DNA of 23,836 nucleotides from Verrucomicrobiales bacterium (lineage in GTDB: Bacteria; Verrucomicrobiota; Verrucomicrobiia; Verrucomicrobiales; V1-33). The DNA lies in assembly GCA_031411295.1 (NCBI GenBank), contig JANOAV010000115.1, positions 1-23,836 of the forward strand, written 5' to 3'. The notes beneath the pieces are model-generated. The model did not search any database, was not told where the DNA came from, and worked only from the letters and a program-made list of their open reading frames with translations. Shown here piece after piece: positions 7,878-18,800 of this stretch (position 1 is the first letter of the stretch; every line of letters begins with the position of its first letter). A program made the translations under genes and the position numbers.

Positions 7878-9431
7878 ATGAAATCATTTCTTCTCGCGCT
7901 GCTGAGCGGGTTGCTCCTGGCCGCCTGCTTTCCGCCGTGGGAGTTGACTTGGTGTGTCTGGCTCTGGCCGTGGCCCTTGCTGGCCGTGCTCTTTCCGCAA
8001 GGTGGCGTGGGACCGATTTCCAAGAAACGCGCTTTCGGTCTGGGCTACGTTTCCGGCTTGGCCAGTTGGCTTGGTTCCCTCGCTTGGGTGATCCAAGTTC
8101 ATTGGGCCGGATGGATCGCGTTATGCCTTTATTTGGCGCTGTTCACCGCCGTCTGGGCGTTGCTGGTGGCTCGATTCGCGCGCTTGGCCAGCCTGCGGCA
8201 CGCGCTCTGGGCCGCGAGTTGGTGGGCGTTAATCGAATGGTTGCGCAGTTGGTTACTTACGGGATTCAGTTGGAACCAATTGGGTATCGCCCTGCACCCG
8301 TGGCGCTGGTTGATTCAACCCGCAGAATGGGTCGGCTGCGTTGGCTTGGCGGTGCCCACGATGTTTCTCAGCCTAACCGCGTTCCTGGCGTGGCGGAAGC
8401 GGGCTTGGAAACGTCCGGTTTTTATCGGCAGCGGCATTTTGCTCGGTTGGTCGATGCTGGGTTATTTTCTGGAAATCCGCGCCCCGCAAGACTTCTATCC
8501 TAAAGGCCTCAACGTCCTCCTCGTGCAGCCGAATGTGCTGCAGACTGATAAATGGGCGGACATGGCGATCGAATATAGCGCCAGTGAACTGCCGGAAGCA
8601 GAGGTGCAAGCCGCTCTGGATCGCATCAATGCCCGCTATGAACGGCTGCATGAATTCGTTCGCCAAGCCACCAGCAAAGGCCCGGTGGATTTAGTCGTCT
8701 GGCCGGAATCCTCTTTGCACTACCCGTTTCATTTTCCGAAGACGAAAGAGTTTCTCGATAAAGTTTGTCAGGAGGGTAAATTCACTCTCGCCTGCGGTGG
8801 TGATGTGATCGAACTCACCGGGGAGGAAGAACTTGCCTATAATTGCATCATCGCCACCCGCACGGGTTACAATGACGCCGACATTTACCGCAAGGTGCAC
8901 CGCGTGGTCTTCGGGGAGTTCATTCCCTTCCGCAAGCAACTCCCCTGGCTGGCCGATGCCATTGGCCAACTGATCCCGGCCGACATGGCCGCTGGCACCG
9001 TCACTGAACCCATGAAGGTCACCGCCAACGACGTGCAGATGATTCCCCTGGTCTGCTTCGAAGACACCGTCGCCCGCCACGCCCGCAAATTCGTCCGCCC
9101 CGAACGGCAAGTGCTGGTAAACGTAACCAACGACGGCTGGTTCAACCAATCAGGCGAACAAGAAATGCACTTCTGGAATGCCCGCCTCCGCTCCGTGGAA
9201 CTCCGTCGCCCCTACGTCCGCAGTGCCAACACCGGGGTAACCGTTGCCCTCTCTAATACCGGAGACGTGCTGGGCCGACTCAACAAATACGAACCCGGAT
9301 CGCTAACGGTGTTTGTCCCGGTGCCGACCGAAGCGGTGGTCACCCTCTATGCCAAAGTGGGTGATTTACTGCCCATCTGCCTTGGCAGTCTAACGTTCCT
9401 CTGGGCCTGCTATAGAGCCCGCCGGAGCTAG
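7878..9431 (+). CDS. lnt: Apolipoprotein N-acyltransferase
   Basis: N-terminal TM region with EWLRS..LTGFSW, VQPN, nitrilase triad WPES / YRKVHRVVFGEF / LVCFED, then NVTNDGWF and RSANTGVT. Confidence 0.95.
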   Translation: MKSFLLALLSGLLLAACFPPWELTWCVWLWPWPLLAVLFPQGGVGPISKKRAFGLGYVSGLASWLGSLAWVIQVHWAGWIALCLYLALFTAVWALLVARFARLASLRHALWAASWWALIEWLRSWLLTGFSWNQLGIALHPWRWLIQPAEWVGCVGLAVPTMFLSLTAFLAWRKRAWKRPVFIGSGILLGWSMLGYFLEIRAPQDFYPKGLNVLLVQPNVLQTDKWADMAIEYSASELPEAEVQAALDRINARYERLHEFVRQATSKGPVDLVVWPESSLHYPFHFPKTKEFLDKVCQEGKFTLACGGDVIELTGEEELAYNCIIATRTGYNDADIYRKVHRVVFGEFIPFRKQLPWLADAIGQLIPADMAAGTVTEPMKVTANDVQMIPLVCFEDTVARHARKFVRPERQVLVNVTNDGWFNQSGEQEMHFWNARLRSVELRRPYVRSANTGVTVALSNTGDVLGRLNKYEPGSLTVFVPVPTEAVVTLYAKVGDLLPICLGSLTFLWACYRARRS

Positions 9432-10192
9432 AACCGCATCGTTGCCTCCGCCCGCCAAGCGGTCAAGGTTGGGGATGGCTTCCCGATCTCCCCCAGCACC
9501 AAATCGTCCCAGCTTAATTCGGAAATCATCCTTCCAGATTCAAGGATAAGTAACCGTTGAACCCCAAGCCTTCCAGCTTCTGAAACTGTATGTGAAACGA
9601 GGATCATGGCACAGTCCAACTGACGTGCCCATTTATCCAGCAAATCAATCAATTCAATTTTCAGGGCCAAATCTAATGATCCAAATGGCTCGTCCAAGAG
9701 CAATGCCCTGGGGGAGCCCATGAGGACAGCACCAATGGCTACCCGTTGCTGTTCCCCGCCTGATAAATTTCCCGGGGTGCGTTTGGCGAAATCGGATAGC
9801 CCCAAATGATCCAGCAATGATTTTGCTAAGGCAAGGTGTGCTGCTTTACTGGTTCCTTCGGCACGTGGGCTGTGGGTTAAATGCTCCAAAACGGTAAGCG
9901 AAGGCCAAAGCCCCAGATCTTGCAGGATCATGCCGATACGGCGGCGGTGTGGCGGGAGTTGAGGACCGCCTGACTGGCTAGCAACCTCTCCGTCAATTGA
10001 TATCACTCCTGCGTCTATCGGTTGCAATCCAGCGATGGACCTCAGCAGAGTTGTTTTGCCAGAGCCAGAGGGCCCTGCTATCGCCACTCGCTCGCCAGGA
10101 TGAACTGCCAGCGAAACATTTTCCAGCAAGGTAGTCTTGCAGCTACTCTTAACGACAATGTTTTGACAAAAAATGATCGGACTAGTGCTCAA
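9428..10192 (-). CDS. ABC transporter ATP-binding protein (FbpC/PotA-like, no C-terminal TOBE domain)
   Basis: GPSGSGKT, Q-loop ILQD, LSGGE, LLLDEPFGSLD and VSH motifs. 4-bp overlap with the permease. Confidence 0.93.
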   Translation of the reverse strand: MSTSPIIFCQNIVVKSSCKTTLLENVSLAVHPGERVAIAGPSGSGKTTLLRSIAGLQPIDAGVISIDGEVASQSGGPQLPPHRRRIGMILQDLGLWPSLTVLEHLTHSPRAEGTSKAAHLALAKSLLDHLGLSDFAKRTPGNLSGGEQQRVAIGAVLMGSPRALLLDEPFGSLDLALKIELIDLLDKWARQLDCAMILVSHTVSEAGRLGVQRLLILESGRMISELSWDDLVLGEIGKPSPTLTAWRAEATMRF

Positions 10193-11763
10193 GGTGTTTT
10201 TCGATGCGAATTATAGATGCGGAAAATACGAGTTATCATGGCTCCGGAAATTATGACGATCAGCGCGAACACCAAGGGCATCAATAGCAGCACGGTCCCA
10301 AGGGAGGCCACCACCACTTCCGTTGAATTGTCCATGACAGCGAAGACGTGCGAACTGAAGGCCGTCCTTCCGGGCGGCGCAAGTAGCATGAGGCTAGTCA
10401 CGTCAGCCAAGATCAAAAGTCCGATGCAGAAAACAGTCACAATCAAGGCTGGTGCTAGCCAGGGCGTGAGCACCCGTTTGACCCAAATCCAACCACTCGT
10501 GCCCATAAGTCGATGCCGGTCCCGCCAGGAGTGCGGAAAGGCAACAAAAGCAGGCGTGAGCAATAACCCAGCCACCGGAAACCATTGCGCACCCAGCACA
10601 CAGGCCACCCCGGGCTCCGTGCTTAGAATCCTCCTGATGGGTTCGAACTCAGCACCAGCAGCTACCCAGCCTAGCGAACGGAAGACAAATGGAACGGTCG
10701 CTCCCAGCAGGCAGACTCCGATCCATCGGGGGTGTTTCACAGCATGGGATGCCAAGACTGCCCCGCCAAGCGTGGCCACCCCACCTCCGACGACAGCATA
10801 GCACACGGTGCTCTTCGCACTGCTCCCCCACAGCATTAGTGCCTCGTAAAAGCTTCTTTTCCCTGCGGTTTTAAATAACGGGGCCACGAGGCCGCCCGTT
10901 GGCAGCGCCAGGATCGCCAGCACCATCAGGAATAGCAAGCCTGCCTGCCACCATGCGGGGTGCATTTCGTGAGGCACTCCACCAGCTCGCACCAGCCCCC
11001 GTCCTGACTGCCGCTGCTGCCAAGCACGCTGCAGAAGCCAGGTCCCAAGGAGGCAAAAGGGAAGCAATAACAGCAACCCTACGCTCGCCTTAGCAGCGGC
11101 CTCGCCTATATTTTGTTTTGTCGCCAAAGATACCAGCACTTCTCCGGACAGCCCGTGCCATCCCATAATTTGCCCCGCCCCTGCATCCGCCGATCCCAAG
11201 AGTGCTGCCAGTGCGGCTGCTCCGATCGCGGTGGGAAATACTCGCTTGGCTGCTATCCACAGGATCCGCCGCCGCTCCAAGCGCAGAGCCAGGAATTCCC
11301 ACTGGGCCCGGGGAATCTTATGGATCAACAAACTAACGGACAGGATTACCAGCGGCACAGCGGACGCCAACCCCGCGAAGAGCATGCCCCAGCGCCCATC
11401 GAAAGCAGCATACCATGCCCTCGGAGTTACACTACTGAGAAAGGACCACCCAATCGCCCAAAGGAATGGTGGCACCACCAGTGGCAGGGCGCATAAAACT
11501 TGGATGACCCAGCGCCAACCAGATGAGACCAACCCCAGCAGCACCCCTGGGAGCCATCCGATTCCAACGCCCAATCCCATCACCATTACCACCTGCTCCA
11601 ACGAATGTCGGGCTGCGATTTGCCATCCCCGCTGTTGCACCCACCACATGAAGCCACGACCAGATCCGGCTGTTGCTTCAGCCACCAGAAAAGGAAATGG
11701 GAGAAGCCACAGGAGCACCACCAAGAAAAGTGGCCATCGGGAATATGGAAAATTGCCCTTCAT
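10189..11763 (-). CDS. ABC transporter permease (FbpB/ThiP-like, duplicated TM domain)
   Basis: About 12 hydrophobic segments, LPLVVPPFLWAIGW motif and a two-fold architecture. Lies between the SBP and the ATPase with 4-bp overlaps. Confidence 0.88.
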   Translation of the reverse strand: MKGNFPYSRWPLFLVVLLWLLPFPFLVAEATAGSGRGFMWWVQQRGWQIAARHSLEQVVMVMGLGVGIGWLPGVLLGLVSSGWRWVIQVLCALPLVVPPFLWAIGWSFLSSVTPRAWYAAFDGRWGMLFAGLASAVPLVILSVSLLIHKIPRAQWEFLALRLERRRILWIAAKRVFPTAIGAAALAALLGSADAGAGQIMGWHGLSGEVLVSLATKQNIGEAAAKASVGLLLLLPFCLLGTWLLQRAWQQRQSGRGLVRAGGVPHEMHPAWWQAGLLFLMVLAILALPTGGLVAPLFKTAGKRSFYEALMLWGSSAKSTVCYAVVGGGVATLGGAVLASHAVKHPRWIGVCLLGATVPFVFRSLGWVAAGAEFEPIRRILSTEPGVACVLGAQWFPVAGLLLTPAFVAFPHSWRDRHRLMGTSGWIWVKRVLTPWLAPALIVTVFCIGLLILADVTSLMLLAPPGRTAFSSHVFAVMDNSTEVVVASLGTVLLLMPLVFALIVIISGAMITRIFRIYNSHRKTP

Positions 11764-12818
11764 CTTTGCGAATCCACCCAGGAGGCAAGGGACCCATTCA
11801 ATTCACGTTCCATGATCCTATTAACTTCCTGCCACTCGGCCGCCGACAATGGTGGCGGTAAACTGAATCCGCGAAATTTTTCTGGCGGTTCTACTCCCTT
11901 GTGCTGCGGCCAGTGGGCTGCTTCACTTGCGGCCAGCATTGCTTCGGCCGACTTCCCAGAAAGCCAGGAGGCGAGCCGCATGGCTGCGGCGGGATGCGGA
12001 GCCCCTTTCATCATCACCACGGCTGATGGCAGCAATAGCCCCCCCTGCTCGGCCGAGGTGGGAATGATGCCGTCCACTGCTTTCCCATCCAGCCAAGCGA
12101 CATGGAGATCATCACTATCCGTCAACCCAAAGGCAAATTCGCCAGCTCCAACTCTGCGCCTCACCTCACCGTTGCTGGCCACCATCCTCCCCCCATTTTT
12201 TGCGAAATCGTCAAAGAATCTCCGGGCTCCATCCTCTCCCCAGACGCGATATAATTGAGCGGCATGCACGGCCGTAGTGCCAAAGAGCGGGTTAGCGATA
12301 CAACTGCGGGAGGCATATTCTGGAAGGGCTAGATCACGCACCGAGACTGGACGATGCTGGTTGGCTGGCGCAAGCTCCCGATGCACGATCATGACGCGAG
12401 CCCGGGCTGCAGAGCCCATAATCCGACCTTCCGCCAACCGCATCTCGCTGGGAAGAGTCGAAGTTTCCTCAGAATCAAAGGCACCCAACATCCCTTGCTT
12501 ATCCAAAGCAAATGCGCGAGCCACGTCCCCGCTCCAAAATACGTCAGCCACCGGACTCGCCTTTTCTGCTAGGAGGCGGGTCAAGAGGCCGGTGCTCTTT
12601 GCCGCTTCGGTATCGCATATCATTTTCACGGTAATCCCCGTTTCTTGCTCAAAAGCATCGGCTGCACGGCGGGCATACGTTTCGTCGATACTACTATACA
12701 GCACGACTTCGGGCTTGGATGGACTTGGACCGCATCCGCTAAACAACCCCGCAAGCGCAGCTAAGAGCAGCGCCAACCGGGAGACAGTTGGAGGTTGGCA
12801 GGGGAAGGGGCGTGGCAT
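11760..12818 (-). CDS. ABC substrate-binding lipoprotein, Fe3+/thiamine-like class
   Basis: Lipobox LFSGC; VVLYSS, FEQETGI, RLLAEKASPVADVFWSGD, IANPLFGT and GAPHPAAA motifs. Confidence 0.9.
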   Translation of the reverse strand: MPRPFPCQPPTVSRLALLLAALAGLFSGCGPSPSKPEVVLYSSIDETYARRAADAFEQETGITVKMICDTEAAKSTGLLTRLLAEKASPVADVFWSGDVARAFALDKQGMLGAFDSEETSTLPSEMRLAEGRIMGSAARARVMIVHRELAPANQHRPVSVRDLALPEYASRSCIANPLFGTTAVHAAQLYRVWGEDGARRFFDDFAKNGGRMVASNGEVRRRVGAGEFAFGLTDSDDLHVAWLDGKAVDGIIPTSAEQGGLLLPSAVVMMKGAPHPAAAMRLASWLSGKSAEAMLAASEAAHWPQHKGVEPPEKFRGFSLPPPLSAAEWQEVNRIMERELNGSLASWVDSQR

Positions 12819-12829
12819 GGATCTACGGG

Positions 12830-15800
12830 TTAAGGAAGTGTCACTTTAACCCGTCCGCTACGATGCTGTCGACCCGTAACCGTCACACTGTCAGGGACTC
12901 TTACCAACTCCCATCCGTCTCCAAGATCCACCACCACCGGCACGCCGGAGGCTGGACTCCAAGCAGAGAGGTCATCAGAGAACTGCGGGGTATAAACTAG
13001 ATCGCTCCCCCTGCGACGCAGATACTCTAGCACGAGCCTTGTATCCCCCCCCGAACCCTCCATTTGCGCAATTGGCAACCGCCCGGTCGAGCCGCCGCCC
13101 GCCGCTCGACGTCCCTTCGTCGGATCTAGATTGAAAGCAAACTCCACAAGGTTAGTGAGGCCATCCTTGTCGAAGTCAGCTAGGGGAACAGCGTTCACCC
13201 CACTGAGGGCGAATTGAGTTTGCCATTGCTGGAAAGTGGTCGTGGTCGGGGCCGTGAGCCCAGTCAGTTCGTCCAACCAGACTGCGGAAAATGGGTAAGA
13301 CGTGCTGGTCCGAACCACTTCCCAGCGTAATTGGTGGGACGAGGCATCGACCGTCGTAGAAACCTGCGCCCAATTAGTATTGCCCGAAATGGTAGCGGTC
13401 AGGATACCGTCCACAAAGAATTGCACCTGCCGCCCAACATCAGCGCGCCACCAGAATTTCACCAAGGTGGCACCTTGAATGGTTGTCTCCAGCCAACCGT
13501 TACTGCCATCCGAGGGCGACGGCATCAGCACCGCATCGATGACGTCATGGGCGACGGCTGTTTCCACACCAGCTGCCGACATGGCAGCCGGACCTGCCGA
13601 CCACGTGAGTCCAGGTGTATCCATGGCATTAGCGATGGGGTAATTGCCATAAGCAGTGAAGTGTATCTGATCCACCCACCCGCGATTCGATCCCGTAAGC
13701 ACCCCAGCATCCGTTCTGTAATTCCACTCAAAGGAATGCCGGCCTTCAGGCACTGGGACGACAATTTGCCGCCAATCTACTTCTCCGCTCATGTAGTAAA
13801 ATTCACTGCCGTCCGTGTAGAGCCTCAAATAATCCCCGCTGGCTTCAGACGATACTTTGGCCCAGTAGGTCAACAAGCCCGGTCCATCAATATAACTAAA
13901 CATCCAAGATACTTGGCTATCCAACAACGCACCCGCCTGTGCCGCATCCAGCCCGTCGTGCTTTACCGTAGTTTGCCGATCCCACGGAGCATTCCCCCCA
14001 GTTAGGAACAACATAGCAGGCTCATCCACTGCATCATTGAGCGGTGGACTTGCGGCAGTGGTGAACGATACCTGATCCAGACTGGCCAAGCCTTCTCCTG
14101 GATTGCTGGTATAGTTTTTTTCATGCGTCCAACGCACCACATGACTGCCCGCAGGGATCGTCATCTTTCGGGTCTCCCACACTGGTGCCGAGGTGCCACG
14201 AATGTAGCCCCATTCATCCGCATTGATCGAAAGCCGCAAATAGTCGCTTGAAGAGGTGGACAGCTTCCAGTTGTAACTCAAGGTTCCGGGTCCAGTAAAC
14301 GTTGCCTCCACCCAGGAGACGCTTGGCAAAGTCGTCGTTCCCGATATCGCCTCATCCGTGGTGCCATTACCATTGGAGAATCCCAGCCATGGATTCGCTC
14401 CTCCTATTCGCCATGAGACGCCAGTTGTATCCAGAGCGGCTGCCAGACTCACCCCTGACAGAAAGGTAACCTGATCCAGCCACGCGGCATCGCTTCCAGC
14501 CACCGTGGAACTATTTTTTGAGTAATGCCAACGACAACGATGCGCCCCCGGTGCGAGGTAATGCGCTTGCTGCATCCAATCCACCTCTCCTGAGATGTAG
14601 TTTTGTTGGTCCACATCATCAACATAGCAGCGCAAATAGTCACCGTATTGCTGGGAAGAAACTTTCCACCAATAAGTAATCGTGCCTGGCCCTGTAAACT
14701 CCATTTCGAACCACGATGATTCACTATGACCTATCACTCCACTCTGAGCCGCATCACTCCCGTCATGTTTTGTAGTTGTGGTCCTGGCCCATGCGGAAAC
14801 GCCACTTGCGGTTACTGGATTCCCCACTGGTTGATCGACCGCGTCAGCCAATGGTGGCAGAGCAGTTGGCGTGAACACAATTTGATCCACATAGCCTTGG
14901 TTAGCCCCAGACGAAGAACTGGTGCCCTTTTGAAAATTCCAGCGCACGGTATGTGTGCCACTGGGCAATGTGCGAATCATTTCCTGCCATCCAACCGAGC
15001 CCGTGATCGCAGCTATTTCAACGCCATCCACGAGCAATCGAAGGTAATCGTATCCGGAATAGGCGGAAATGCTCCAGAAATAGGATAACGTGCCTGGGCC
15101 CGTGATCGTCGTTTCCATCCACGACTCCTGCCCTCCACTCACCAAGCCAGAAGCCCCCCGATCAATCCCGTCATGGGAGAGCGTAGCCGCAGGCTGCCCT
15201 TCCCACGGGGTCCCTCCGGTCGTCAGCGGCAAGGCGGTATCCACCCCTGCTGCCAAGGAAATCAATGGAGTCACGGATATTTGATCCACCCACGCCCCAT
15301 CCCCAGCCCCAATCGTCCCGCTGTTCTTGGTATATTGCCAATAAATCCGATGTGCCCCGGGACTGATCATCCGCTCAAACTTCGTCCACGGGACCTCGCC
15401 ACTAGCATAAATGTAACGATCCGTGTTTTCGAGGTAAAATTCCAAATTATCATTCCCGCTTAGCGAGGACAGTTTATACCAAAAACTGAGAATGCCCGGC
15501 CCAGACACCGTGGTTTCATACCACGAATTCTGGTTATTCGCCAAAGCGGGTGATTTTAGTGCATCAACGCCGTCATGGGTTACAGCAGTTTGCGACGCCC
15601 AGATTGGCACCCCGGAGGTGCCGCCAGTTACGAAGGGACTTGCCACAGAAATATCTAGGGCTGCGGCCATTCCGGCATTGGCATTTGGGGTAAAAGTAAC
15701 CTGATCGATCCAGGCCGTCGTCGAAGCTGGAGCATTGGAGGAATATTTTTCAAACCGCCACCAGTAGAATTGCTGACCGACCGGCACCTGCTGGGTTATT

Positions 15801-18800
15801 TGCACCCAGTCAACGTTGCCAGAAATAGAGTTGATCGAGCTTGAGTTCTGAAAGAAATAAAGTCGATCGCTCGTCGTCGATCCGATTTTCCACCAAAAAC
15901 TCAGGGTTCCTGGGCCAGTCACCACCCCGCCGATATATGTTGATTCATTCTGGCCGATGGCTCCAGCTTGGGCGGCATCCACACCATCGTGCGTCACAGC
16001 GGTCTGCCGGTTCCAAGTGCCGTTGATACTCGTATGCCAAGACCACGCAGGATTGTCGATGGCATCGGCCAGCGGCGGCGTGCTTGAGGGGGTAAATGTC
16101 ACCTCATCCAGATATGCGGCGTCATCCCCTTGGATTGTGTTAGCATCCTTCTCATAAGACCAGCGGATGATATGTGGTCCAGGGCTGAGCGCAGAGGAGT
16201 AGGGTTGCCAACCGATCTCCCCGCTGCGTTCACTCAGTTTGTAGCCATCGACATAAAATCTAGCGTAGTCCCCGTTGGTTTCTGAGGACACCCTCCACCA
16301 GAAATTCAGCGTTCCCGGGCCATTCACCGTAGTTTCTACCCAGGACGAACTGTCGTTTGGTAGAGTAGGGGAGGCCGCAATGTCCACCGCATCATGAGCC
16401 AAAGATGAAGTGAATCCCGACCACATTCCAACTCCGCCAGTTGTAAGGGTGAGCCCACTGCTGTCCAAGGCGGATGCCAATGAAACGCCGCTACTTGGCA
16501 AGAAGGCCACCGCATCCACCCATACAGAGTTTGTCCCTGCCGAACTAAACGGACGCACGAACTCCCAAGATACCGCCAGCGCACCTGGGGGAACTGCTTT
16601 GGTAACCTGCACCCAATCTTGCTCCCCACTTATTCGGTTCGTAAGCACACCATCCAGCAGGAGTCGGAGCCCCTCGCTAGTGTTTGTGGTGCTGGCACAG
16701 GAGGATTTCCACCAAAAGCTCAATACTCCAGGTCCCGTGAACTTGGAAGTCATGCGGGCAGTCTGATTGGAAGCGGTCAGAGGGCCTGCCTGAGCAGCAT
16801 CAGATCCGTCCTTAGTGGTAGCGGTTTGTCGGACCCAAGGAACGTCCCCGGTGGTGCTCCAATTCTGGGAGATAGCGTCCACCGCATCCCCCAGCGTTGC
16901 TCCTGGCGTCCACATCACACTGTCGAGATACGCCGCATCATTCCCATTAGAATAATTGGCATCCTTGCTGTAACTCCAGCGGACGGTGTGGCTGCCTGAT
17001 GGCACCGCCAACGCAAATTGGGACCATCCAGGCGAACCGGAGATTGCACTTTGAACTGTTCCATCCAAGAGCAGGTTTAAAAAATCTGCCCCGCCATAGG
17101 AAGAAACACTCCACCAGAACGACATCGTTCCAGGCCCCGCCACGGTGGTCTCCACCCAGGATTGCTGACTGTTCCCGATGATTCCGCTCCGGGCGGAATC
17201 CACCCCGTCGCGAGCTACCGCCGATGTTCCATCCGTTATCCAAGGGGCTGCGCCTCCGGTGGAAAATGCCAACGCAGTATTATCCAAGGCATTGCCCAGC
17301 GTCGGGGAAGGAGTGAAACTAACTTCATCCAACCACGCAGCATCTGCGCCCGCCACTGTTGTGGAGTCCTTGATATATCTCCAGCGCAGCTTGTGTTCGG
17401 TGCCCGTGAGGTAAAGTTGCACCGACACCCAGTCCTGCTCGCCATAGATTCGTTGTTGGCGGGTGCCGTCCAGCCAGAACTCCATTAAGTCCCCGGCCCC
17501 TGAGGAACTGCTGGAGACCTTCCACCAAAAGTTGACAACCCCGGGTCCCACCGCCGTGGATTCCAGCCATGCCTCCTCGTCATCCACAATCGGTGGACTC
17601 TGGAGGGCATCAACACCGTCGTGCTTTACAGCGGTTTGGCGATACCAAAGGTCCGCCCCACTAAGCGTTAAATTTATACTCCCGGGCGTATCGATCCCAT
17701 CTGCTGCTGGCGTAGGTGCAGCAGGCGTTACCCCCACTTTGTCCACCCATCCCATGTCCTCTCCAGCATCATAAATGTCATCCTTCTGATACACCCACCG
17801 AACCGTGTGACTTCCACCCGTTAGCGTCCGCGCCACGGGTTGCCAGGGCGTTTGAATCAACCGTTGTTCGGAATCAAAACCATTGCCCGTGATGCTGTGG
17901 ACCAATTCCCCATCGACATAACACCGCAACCAGTCTCCGGTCCGGCTGGTAGAAGTGCTCCGATCACAAGAAACCCGCCACCACCAAGACAACGTCCCCG
18001 GCCCGGCTACTGTCGTCTCGATCCAGCTTTCCTGCCCCGCACTAATGTTGCCGGAATGGACCAGATTCGTTCCCTCTGGCGTGGCCTGTTCATTTTCACC
18101 CAGCCATGGCACACTACCACCAGTAGTCCACGTCAGGTTTCCTTGCGCGGCTGCCGTCGCCAAGGCCACTGGTTGATAAAAATTAGCCATTAGCGTTCGA
18201 TGCGCACTCATGGTCAGCGACAGACTTGGCAGGAAACTGGAGAAATCTCCCGACCACTCACGGAACTGCCAACCCACCGCCGGAGTTGCCTGTAGCGTCA
18301 CTCGGGTGCCCGCCGGATAGCGTCCTGTGGCGCTCAGGGGATTCGCGATGATCCGACCATTCACGGCTTGCAGCGTGAGGCGGTAATTGCGGGAGGTGTT
18401 GCTGTTGGCATTCGTCCCGTCCTCGAACTCCTCCGCATTGGTCACGCCGTCTGTATCGGAATCCTCATCGCCACGTTTAAGCAAATTGCCAAATTGCGCT
18501 GTTTCCCAAGAATCCCCCAAGCCATCGCCATCGGAATCAATATATAAGTGGACCGCCGTGCTGTTCAACGCCCCGGATGGAGTCGTCACAGTCACGGTAT
18601 AATCCGCCTCATCCCCCGCAACTGCCGACGTCAAACTAAACGCATCCCCCGTTTGCCCCGCCACCGACGTTCCTCCCTTTTTCCAAACCACCGTGTCTCC
18701 CACCCGCTTCGCCCAAAAGGCAGAAAACCGAGCTGCTTCCCCAGGCTTCACCACGAGACGGGATGGGAGCACGGTCACGCCCGTTGCAGGAATGACGGCG

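Noticed and set aside
13260..18169. Repeats as a diversity-generating retroelement or recombination cassette array
   Set aside because: The repeats are highly diverged at DNA level, and I saw no reverse transcriptase, recombinase or near-identical template/variable pair.
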